From: Promethearchaeota archaeon
GTDB lineage: Archaea > Asgardarchaeota > Lokiarchaeia > Sigyniarchaeales > SOKP01
Direction: 5' to 3'
Length of the DNA: 34,658 nucleotides
Assembly (NCBI GenBank): GCA_048941285.1
Contig: JBHLNS010000036.1
Location: forward strand, 1 to 34,658
Shown: positions 28,001 to 34,658 of the stretch, one piece after another
Position numbering within the stretch: position 1 is the stretch's first letter
How the letters are laid out: every line of letters starts with the position of its first letter
Program-made: the position numbers and the translations under genes
Notes under the pieces: generated by a model
What the model was told of the DNA's origin: nothing
Seen by the model: only the letters and a program-made list of their open reading frames with translations
Database searches by the model: none

Positions 28001-31000
28001 TTCACTACTAACATTAAATTTAGAATATTGTACATTTATTAAATCCCTGATAAAATATGCATCTGCGATAATATCAACAGTATTCTCAAATGTACCTCTG
28101 ATGATAAACTCAAAATTATTATCATTGGTGCGACTGGCTTGATTTAGATTCAAAGTGATTCCTGTCCACGTACCTTGAGTATAATCCCATCCACTGTTAT
28201 TGTAATTAAAAGTATAAACAAAAGTACCATAAGGATCTTCAATTGTAACATTAATATTAGTGATATCAGTATTCCAAGAAATATTATAGAGATTTAATAC
28301 TATTTTAGATAAATTCCAATGAGTTTCTAGGTCAGAAATCAAGAAATCAAAGTGATGATCGATACTTTGGAAGACAATGTTTTCTACAGTAAGCGTTTCA
28401 GAATTACTGCCATAAGAATTTAACGTCATATCTGCACTTTCCAACCAATATACTGATATGTCTGAATCATCATTGCTAGATTGATTTAATTCTAATTGAT
28501 TTTCCAAAATATTTAATTGAAGAATTCTATCTGAAGGAATAGTATATCCCGATTTATAAGCGGATATTATGATTATATACCTCTTTGCGCTAACAAGTTT
28601 TTTTGTATCAATTTCAACAAAATGCCTTCCTTCATTATCTTCTTCTAAGGAGAAAGCTCCTGATATTACAGTATTCCCCCCTAATAATAATGTATATCTC
28701 ATTGAGTCCGCATAAACAGGTCCTAAAAGAGATTCATACCCTGCTTCCACTTTACTCACATTAAATAGCGTCCGTAGCTTTAATAAAGTACCCCATTCAA
28801 TTTCAATATAATCCGTAGGATTTAATGATATCAGTTCTGTTTGGAATTTGCTTAAATCGATTAAAATTCTAAATTCTAAATTATCCTTGTTTGTGATTGT
28901 GAAACTTATATTATTGACTTCAGCGGGGCCTCCAACTGATTGATTGAAAAGTTTATTAACCCCAAAAAATTCAATTTGGAGTGAATAATCCCCCCCTATC
29001 CCTAAGGATGTTAACCACCTCAATGTTGCCTGCCCATTTATGTCAGTGGTTAGATTTGCAATACTTGGACCTAATGGATTGTTAAGAGTCAACTTAAGTT
29101 TCACTCCACTAACAGGCGTTATAGGAGCATTAATTGTTTGCACTGTAAATTCTACAGTGGTTAATTCTACTTGTACTTGAATGGTGGTATTAACAGTAGT
29201 AATGTCTCCTGAAGCAATATCAATTATAGGTGGATTATAACTTGGGTTTCTATAGTAGATAGTGTAATTATACGTGGAAGGAGGAGCATTAACCCACCAA
29301 AACTTAGTATGCCCTGATGAATCAATTATACACTTTTTAAGCTGGTGTGTGGCGTTACCTACGATTATCCATCCAGAATCAACAGGATCAAGATCAACAT
29401 CAATTACTTCAAAGAAATGAGTACTTACATCACAAATTATATCAATAGTTTGAAATGGTTGATCAACTATTATGGCTTGAGATGTAGAATTTACTATCTC
29501 GACAATCTCTCCAATACTTGAATGAATGGTTGCTGTGAAATTATATGCGCCTTCAAGAATGTTTGTAAAACTTACACTACCATCAGTACCGGTGATACCC
29601 TGTTCTATTAAATCAAAATGTTGATACATTGAAATAGTAACATTAGGAAGCAAATTACCATATAAATCTAATGCATTAATTGAAATATCTACTTCAAGAA
29701 GCGGTTTTGAATGTTTTTCATCACTTATACTGAAAAAAGTATTAGGGTCATATTGGTTGTAATATTCAGTTGTTAACCATCCCTCAGATCTATAATTATT
29801 GGATACACGAAATTCATCCAAATACCCCTTAAAGCAACCTGAAGATTCTCCAATATAAAATAAACTTGAATCTGTGACAAGAGGATATCCACCTATATTT
29901 GTTGAATTTGGATTTGTACCATTAATATAGCTTCGTAGATAAGTACCATCATAAGAATAGGTAATATAGGTCCATCGCTGACGAGTAATTTCTCTCGGAT
30001 TATAAACTGTACCACGAGTAACAAATCTGATATCCGGTTGAAAAGAACCCAGACCAGGACCATGATAACTACGATAAATACGCGCAAGGCTAATAGAAGA
30101 TGCTTTATAGAATACACGGGGCTCTCCAGCATTTAACCATTCTTGGTCAGTTGCGTAATTAGGGTAAATCCAAAATGAAAATGTAAATATATTATCTCCA
30201 TTAAAAATTTGAGATCCTTGATTGATAATTATTCTATTATCACCCGATCCTGTAAAATATCTCGCTCCATCTATAATACTTGTTCCAAAAAATTGAGTAC
30301 CATAAGGGGTTCCGTCATAATCATTTGAAGTTGAATCTTTAATATAGTCACCGGTTCCACTTGGTTCATTAAAATGCCAGACTGATTTATAATCTAGCCA
30401 TACTTCCGTTGGATTTTGACGAGAATTCATAGTAGAATTGCCATAATACATAAATATTTCAGTATCTTCTACCGTAGATAAAAAAGGGATGCAAACCCAT
30501 GCAACTAATCGGGCATGTGTTCCATTATAGGTTTGATCAAACAATTCTATTTGGTGATCTAACCATTGACCATCAGTTGAAAATGCTATGTCATCTCCAT
30601 CAGATTGCACATCAAAGCGAAGATCTGTATCGAAAATCGAGACCAAAAAGGGAAAGTTAACATGGCTGCCTATTCCATCAACTTTTGTGTGATCTATTGT
30701 AATTATTTTATAATAATCAAAATAATCTGCATTTGGAGTAATATCATTTACTATTTGTTCACTTCCTACTGAACCAAATGTACTAGGATCATTCTGGTTA
30801 TCATATTCTGTCCTTAACCAGGCATCTGATCGAATTGTCGATGAGATTTTAACCTCATCAATAATCGCATCAATAGGTCTAGCTCCCGTAGGACTATTTC
30901 CAATTGTAATTGGCCAATTATTTTCACGTAATGCTCCTGTTTTACTTTCTGTATAAACAGTATTTCCATCTAAAACAAGATTTATATTTGAGCCATCATA

Positions 31001-33037
31001 TCTAATTGAAACTAAATACCATGTATTGATTGAAAGAGGACCTGATGTAGCTTCTACTGTGGATGTTCCAGCTGCATCATTAGTTCCGGTTTTAATCCTT
31101 CCTCTCAAGTAATATGGACCATTCTCGGTTAATGACTGATTATATGTCCCTAGCATCCAAACATGATATTCTGAACTATCACTCGTACCTGAGTTTTTGG
31201 ACAAAACACGAGCATCACTATACCCCGACCAAATTGAATCAAAGGATTCATATTTGACCCAAGCTTGAATAGTAATCTTACTTCCTGAGACACTCCACGT
31301 TCCTATATTAATATTATCGCTACCATCATCATGTTCAAAATCTTGGCCATCCCCGATCTTACCTTCAATATCTACTGAACCTGTATTAGTTCCATCTCTA
31401 TTACGAGAGGTAGAATCCAAAAAGTCATCGTCTAAGTGATATACACCTTCATAATAACTATCCCAGACCCCTTCGGGATTTTCTCGAGCAGCCATGGTTG
31501 AATTTCCATAATACATAGCAATAGTTGTATTGACAGTAGAATATAAATATGGAATTTGAACCCATACATCTAATTGAGCTTCTGTACTGCTATAAGTTTG
31601 ATCAAATACTAAAATTTCATGATCTAACCAATCACCACCAGCAGCAAAAGCAATATCATCCCCATCTGACTGAGCGTGATATTTTAAATCTTTATCAACA
31701 ATTGAAAATAAGAACGGAAAATTATTATGTATTGCTGTACCAGAAACTTCATTATGATCGATGGTAATAAGTTTATAATATGCGAAATAATGGGAATTAG
31801 GGGGTTCCCAAATGACAACTTGTTCATTTCCAATAGTATAAAAAGAATTAGGATTATATTGATTATTGTATTCTGTTAATACCCAACTACTTGAAAGAGC
31901 AGTTTTAAGAATCCTAAACTCTGAAATTGCTCCTGAACCCCAAATACCTGACCCCCCAATCGTTGCCAAAATTGAAAATCGATCCCATGATAAATGTTGA
32001 TTTGCAATATCAGAACCGGTATCAGATAAATCCAATATACCATCTATATATTCATATGCAGTTGACAAACTCCTAGATCTTGCATAGGTAAATTGAAACC
32101 ATGTATCAGCAGCCCATGAATCTTTTATGCCATAAATACCTTCACTATTATCTGATGTTACTTCTAAATAAACATTTACAGTTCCACTAGTGGTAAATCT
32201 CATCTCAGGTGATAAATCAGGAGTATTGCCTTGGAAAAAAACCATATTAGCGCTTGTATTGTCAATCGTATTATCAGGCTTAAACCAAGTTTGAAAACTC
32301 ATGTCATCTATAGGGCCATTGATACTATTTATATAAAAATAATCATTACTTCCATCAACAGAAATTGCTGTACCTACTTTTCCATCATAAAAACGTGTGT
32401 CGCTAGTAAATCCAGTTGTAATCAAATCATAATTGTTTGCAGTACTATCTAAAATGTTAGAAGATAAAGGATTTTGATTCATATGCCATACCGCTACATA
32501 ATTGCTATTCCATACTCCAGCTGGATTTTGTCGTGAATTCATTGTTGAGTTACCATAGTACATTCTAATAACAGTATCAATAGTAACAGAGAGTGCTGGA
32601 ATTCGAACCCAAACTACTAGTTTAGCATGTGTTCCATTATAGGTTTGATCAAATAACTCAATCTCATGATCTAACCAAATATTATTGGAAGAAAAAGCAA
32701 TATCATCTCCATCAGATTGAACATCAAGACGTAAGTCTGTATCAAAAATTGAAATGAGAAAAGGAAAATTGTTAAAACCACTTGTTCCTGAAACTTGATT
32801 ATGATCTATGGTTATAATTTTATAGCGATCAAAATAATGCGCATTAAGCGGAGCATTTAAATTTAAATTTCTTTTTAATTCATCGGTACTATCTTTATTC
32901 TTTATAGATTCAATATTGGGTGATAGAGAAAATAATGGTGTGCTAATTAACAACGGGATTATAATTGTGAACAATAAGAATAGAAGTGCCTTAATCTTTT
33001 TTTTTGTAATGATTGATCTAATATTTTTAGATGTCAT
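25052..33037 (-). CDS. Giant receptor-like membrane protein: N-terminal signal/TM, 3x(DUF2341 + LamG/ConA-like), beta-sandwich stalk, TM helix, cytoplasmic uDENN/longin-like + 2 winged-helix-like domains
   Basis: Three ~350 aa repeats (YKIITIDH...NFPFL.SI.D.DL...QSDGDDIAF...WLDHEI...W(V/I).IP...MYYGNSTM...VWH.N...DEFR.S....S.W..TEY.NQ..P). TM FYFLLILSAALAIVGSIVGY followed by a basic stretch. Cytoplasmic GLVLMKWNERVGTEILAKYP. Many N-x-S/T sequons in the ectodomain. Confidence 0.85.
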   Translation of the reverse strand: MTSKNIRSIITKKKIKALLFLLFTIIIPLLISTPLFSLSPNIESIKNKDSTDELKRNLNLNAPLNAHYFDRYKIITIDHNQVSGTSGFNNFPFLISIFDTDLRLDVQSDGDDIAFSSNNIWLDHEIELFDQTYNGTHAKLVVWVRIPALSVTIDTVIRMYYGNSTMNSRQNPAGVWNSNYVAVWHMNQNPLSSNILDSTANNYDLITTGFTSDTRFYDGKVGTAISVDGSNDYFYINSINGPIDDMSFQTWFKPDNTIDNTSANMVFFQGNTPDLSPEMRFTTSGTVNVYLEVTSDNSEGIYGIKDSWAADTWFQFTYARSRSLSTAYEYIDGILDLSDTGSDIANQHLSWDRFSILATIGGSGIWGSGAISEFRILKTALSSSWVLTEYNNQYNPNSFYTIGNEQVVIWEPPNSHYFAYYKLITIDHNEVSGTAIHNNFPFLFSIVDKDLKYHAQSDGDDIAFAAGGDWLDHEILVFDQTYSSTEAQLDVWVQIPYLYSTVNTTIAMYYGNSTMAARENPEGVWDSYYEGVYHLDDDFLDSTSRNRDGTNTGSVDIEGKIGDGQDFEHDDGSDNINIGTWSVSGSKITIQAWVKYESFDSIWSGYSDARVLSKNSGTSDSSEYHVWMLGTYNQSLTENGPYYLRGRIKTGTNDAAGTSTVEATSGPLSINTWYLVSIRYDGSNINLVLDGNTVYTESKTGALRENNWPITIGNSPTGARPIDAIIDEVKISSTIRSDAWLRTEYDNQNDPSTFGSVGSEQIVNDITPNADYFDYYKIITIDHTKVDGIGSHVNFPFLVSIFDTDLRFDVQSDGDDIAFSTDGQWLDHQIELFDQTYNGTHARLVAWVCIPFLSTVEDTEIFMYYGNSTMNSRQNPTEVWLDYKSVWHFNEPSGTGDYIKDSTSNDYDGTPYGTQFFGTSIIDGARYFTGSGDNRIIINQGSQIFNGDNIFTFSFWIYPNYATDQEWLNAGEPRVFYKASSISLARIYRSYHGPGLGSFQPDIRFVTRGTVYNPREITRQRWTYITYSYDGTYLRSYINGTNPNSTNIGGYPLVTDSSLFYIGESSGCFKGYLDEFRVSNNYRSEGWLTTEYYNQYDPNTFFSISDEKHSKPLLEVDISINALDLYGNLLPNVTISMYQHFDLIEQGITGTDGSVSFTNILEGAYNFTATIHSSIGEIVEIVNSTSQAIIVDQPFQTIDIICDVSTHFFEVIDVDLDPVDSGWIIVGNATHQLKKCIIDSSGHTKFWWVNAPPSTYNYTIYYRNPSYNPPIIDIASGDITTVNTTIQVQVELTTVEFTVQTINAPITPVSGVKLKLTLNNPLGPSIANLTTDINGQATLRWLTSLGIGGDYSLQIEFFGVNKLFNQSVGGPAEVNNISFTITNKDNLEFRILIDLSKFQTELISLNPTDYIEIEWGTLLKLRTLFNVSKVEAGYESLLGPVYADSMRYTLLLGGNTVISGAFSLEEDNEGRHFVEIDTKKLVSAKRYIIIISAYKSGYTIPSDRILQLNILENQLELNQSSNDDSDISVYWLESADMTLNSYGSNSETLTVENIVFQSIDHHFDFLISDLETHWNLSKIVLNLYNISWNTDITNINVTIEDPYGTFVYTFNYNNSGWDYTQGTWTGITLNLNQASRTNDNNFEFIIRGTFENTVDIIADAYFIRDLINVQYSKFNVSSEISLLSEVEGWIISNITFEISECYDSSDWSIVDLSSLTNISITTNEGFTYLLDYGYPDGTGSLSIDDRTIYPIGNQFLFTVESDPNIIFNAIIKVEYIQGFYKNQFLETLNCTRTERGITNGGSLQISATESSWKEDESILWVKSIKSGSNYFFPSEVAMNITIGGQKYSISDYSSGTGTFSLTGFSKAQLLHAVIETSLSVDFILLLSIQYSRTVSYEIIGSLTYTIVEAPSIYGPVQYDSDLKYYLKTIDTSLLDADEYTVRFTIDKEHYKITTKDLDLIVLNRLTLLNQSSEFFRKIESVYVQDAVNFTLVFTDALRGTKIVNLKTQYYVWERYDRLGNVIENGYGDIISARDNTYILDFNTESRALGEYFLIIALEKDNYDRKNAMIILTIKKREIGEPILSHNFQNRKTSVVKGNPVPIQIILTDPTKGDSWLLDATITLTIKGNLYNFTHIGNGTYICNFPTYNINAFFTSNTLTGTINITKLYYISQEFDIIIVVEMEQIFPGVPTFYFLLILSAALAIVGSIVGYRVYHYAKIPAFVRKVREMKKSIKKGKDVDESLLYRNKEAFIVERVNHRWNNLDLSLAEILNVKVEKIKKSEKLHKRSSDIAKVHELTPVGLVLMKWNERVGTEILAKYPEETIISEKTCMQIYSTHEYSGEKGTITLSVGPLNIISYYTGPEQGYYLLLILDLEDDPDLYEGGMADVLRGLIENVEDDSFKMLMPSYFQRLSLYPSFSDEEILALTYQDEAKRMIIDNLREAGVISKAELVIWFKDKYIEKFIDLEATISDLLKKGIIKQVSVKGLLSELIVLINDVYMLRVPPIEIIEDPINRGLPTQFKKEYIDIVKKFFQSYIPSNEDNLKIVTLLSNPQVHLTLRLLRSAIVSRQELEKLKVKGVADPYGVIKALWENKLIAVFQDEMNNEYYALLSDFYIDLIFPKYLLQVIKTSYEQKSLTNKVLMEYLEILEDVYYNLKSDEK
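26332..26515. repeat. 184-nt direct repeat, copy 1 (TM/juxtamembrane coding region); copy 2 at 34475..34658
   Basis: Ungapped manual alignment shows 14 mismatches in 184 nt, with perfect runs of 49 and 45 nt. Confidence 0.85.
29718..32854 (-). repeat. Three tandem DUF2341+LamG modules (about 1050 nt each; starts near 32854, 31807 and 30739)
   Basis: Clear protein-level triplication. Modules 1 and 3 share an identical 29-nt stretch, gcatgtgttccattataggtttgatcaaa. Confidence 0.8.
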
Positions 33038-33164
33038 TTTTGATCAAATTCAAATATAAAATAAGTTTGTTTAAAATATATTCATATTAAAAAAAAAATA
33101 GAGTATTACATATTTATATTTGAAGTTTGTGAGTATATAGAATATTTATTAATTATAGTTATTT

Positions 33165-33180
33165 AAAAAAAAAAAAAAAA
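33165..33180 (-). terminator. Oligo-T terminator candidate downstream of the upstream paralog
   Basis: T16 run on the coding strand starting about 9 nt after the stop codon at 33189. Confidence 0.5.
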
Positions 33181-33188
33181 TATTATTT

Positions 33189-34658
33189 TTATTTCGATTT
33201 TTCTACATCTTTTAATTTAAAATAAGCTTCTTCCAGTATTTTAAGATATTCAATTAAAACTTTTTTATTTTTTGATTTTTGCTCATATTCAATCTTTACA
33301 GCTTTCAATAAGTATTTTGGAAAAAGGTAATCAATATAAAAATCTGAAAGAAGAGCATAGTATTCAATATTCTTGTCATCTTGAAATACTTTAATCATCT
33401 GATTATCCCAAAGTAGTTTCAAAACAGTATAAACATCTTCAACTCCTTTTTTTCTGAGCTTCTCAAGATCTTGCCTTGTAACTATTGCCGTTCTTAAAAG
33501 TCTTAAAGTTTCATAAACTTGTGGATTAACGATGATCTCAACAATTTTTATGTTATCTTCTTCTGCGGGGCGATAATTCTGGAAAAAGTTTTTAATATCA
33601 TTAGTATACTCCTTAGCAAATTGAGAGGGTAAACCATGACTAGTTGGGTTATCCAATAACTTAAGAGGTGGGGTTCTTACCATAAAAATATCCGTAGTTA
33701 GTAAAACCAGTTCTGAATGTATATTTTTTACAGAACTAACCTTTATAATTTCTAGTTTAATGAGTTCTGTCAAAATTGCATCTAAATCAAAAAATCCTTC
33801 TATAAACTTATCTTTGAGCAAAATATTCAATTCCGATTTGGTGATAACTCCATCCTCTCTTAATAGATTGATAATTGTTCTAATAATCTTGTTTTGATAA
33901 GCTAATGCTAAAATCTCTTCAGAACTGAGCGACGGATATAATGATATGCGCTGAAAAAGTATTGGAATCATTTGAATATAGGAATCATCTTCAAGATTTT
34001 CTAGTACATCACGCAAAATGTCAGCCATTCCACCTTCATAAAGATCGGGGTCATCATCTGTATTCAAGATTAAAATGAGATAATAACCTTCTTCTGGTCC
34101 TGTATAATAGGATAAAATATTTACTACTTCTGCAGTTAATGTTATAGTCCCTTTTTCTCCGCTATATTCATGTGTACTGTATACCTGCATTAAAGTTTTT
34201 TCTGAAATCGGAACATCTTTAGGATATTTAGCTAGAATTTCCGTTCCAATTCTTTCATCCCATTTCATAACTATTAACCCAAGAGGTTTTTTATCGTGTA
34301 CTTCAGTAATTTTTGAGACCTTTCGTTTAGATATCGATCTCTTTTCCTCTTTCTCAACGGTTATTCCAAGTATATCTTCTATTGATAAACCAATTTTCGC
34401 CCAATCTCGTTTTAATATTTCTCCAATTAATATTTCTTTATCACTATACAAAAGTGATTCTGCTATAGTTTTATCTTTTTTAATGCTTTTTTTCATTTCC
34501 CTTACTTTTCTTACGAAAGCAGGGGTTTTAGCATAATGGTATACTCTATATCCTACAATACTCCCAACTACGGCAACTATCGCAGATAAGATTAGCAAGA
34601 AATAAAATGTTGGAACTCCTGGAAAGATCTGCTCCATTTCAACGACAATGATAATATC
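33189..34658 (-). CDS. C-terminal part (5'-truncated by the window edge) of a paralog of the 2661 aa receptor-like protein: TM + uDENN/longin-like + winged-helix-like domains
   Basis: The frame is open to the window edge (DIIIVVEMEQIFPGVPTF...) and is colinear with the neighbour's last ~490 aa. The track's Met at 34637 is therefore internal. Confidence 0.9.
   Translation of the reverse strand, partial: DIIIVVEMEQIFPGVPTFYFLLILSAIVAVVGSIVGYRVYHYAKTPAFVRKVREMKKSIKKDKTIAESLLYSDKEILIGEILKRDWAKIGLSIEDILGITVEKEEKRSISKRKVSKITEVHDKKPLGLIVMKWDERIGTEILAKYPKDVPISEKTLMQVYSTHEYSGEKGTITLTAEVVNILSYYTGPEEGYYLILILNTDDDPDLYEGGMADILRDVLENLEDDSYIQMIPILFQRISLYPSLSSEEILALAYQNKIIRTIINLLREDGVITKSELNILLKDKFIEGFFDLDAILTELIKLEIIKVSSVKNIHSELVLLTTDIFMVRTPPLKLLDNPTSHGLPSQFAKEYTNDIKNFFQNYRPAEEDNIKIVEIIVNPQVYETLRLLRTAIVTRQDLEKLRKKGVEDVYTVLKLLWDNQMIKVFQDDKNIEYYALLSDFYIDYLFPKYLLKAVKIEYEQKSKNKKVLIEYLKILEEAYFKLKDVEKSK
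34475..34658. repeat. 184-nt direct repeat, copy 2 (may extend beyond the window)
   Basis: About 92% identical to 26332..26515 by manual count. Confidence 0.85.

Noticed and set aside
3535-32452. Short ORFs nested in or antisense to long genes (e.g. 3535..3777, 4762..4947, 5419..5670, 7633..7854, 9441..9809, 10386..10574, 11155..11379, 14081..14319, 16871..17134, 18709..18918, 20296..20502, 29893..30132, 31549..31767, 32231..32452)
   Set aside because: Shadow ORFs overlapping well-supported genes, with no motifs; hydrophobic ones simply mirror the K/E-rich sense strand.
34635-34637. Met start of a stand-alone 482 aa protein
   Set aside because: The frame continues to the window edge and matches the neighbour's internal sequence DIIIVVEMEQIF.
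26332-34658. Diversity-generating retroelement TR/VR pair for the 184-nt repeat
   Set aside because: Mismatches are not restricted to adenines, both copies are in-frame TM-coding sequence, and no reverse transcriptase is present in the window.
1-34658. CRISPR array or rRNA
   Set aside because: No regularly spaced short direct repeats and no extended GC-rich structural RNA segment.

Overview
AT-rich archaeal DNA, most likely from an Asgard archaeon (Lokiarchaeia-like). This is inferred from an intron-containing archaeal tRNA-Tyr and many eukaryotic-signature proteins: a ubiquitin E2, a Uba3-like E1, a Rab-like GTPase and a longin-Arf-like GTPase fusion. Housekeeping genes include an HDAC/AcuC deacetylase, a PDCD5-like protein, an M1 aminopeptidase, a HAD hydrolase, a RACo corrinoid activator, a methyltransferase, aspartate kinase and a PHP hydrolase. 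The most striking part is the right third. It holds two tandem paralogous membrane proteins, one complete (2661 aa) and one cut by the window edge. The complete one has a 3x(DUF2341+LamG) lectin-like ectodomain, a beta-sandwich stalk, a TM helix and a ~450 aa cytoplasmic module that reads as uDENN/longin plus two winged helices (NPRL2/3-like layout). They lie directly upstream of a longin-Arf-like GTPase whose ORF is open 64 codons further than the ORF track shows (probable ATA start). Together these suggest a candidate transmembrane receptor-to-small-GTPase signalling system. A 2122 aa protein with 18 MIT/TPR-like helical repeats and an exact 463-codon super-repeat sits upstream of the E1. 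All family calls are motif recognition by eye; no database searches were run.
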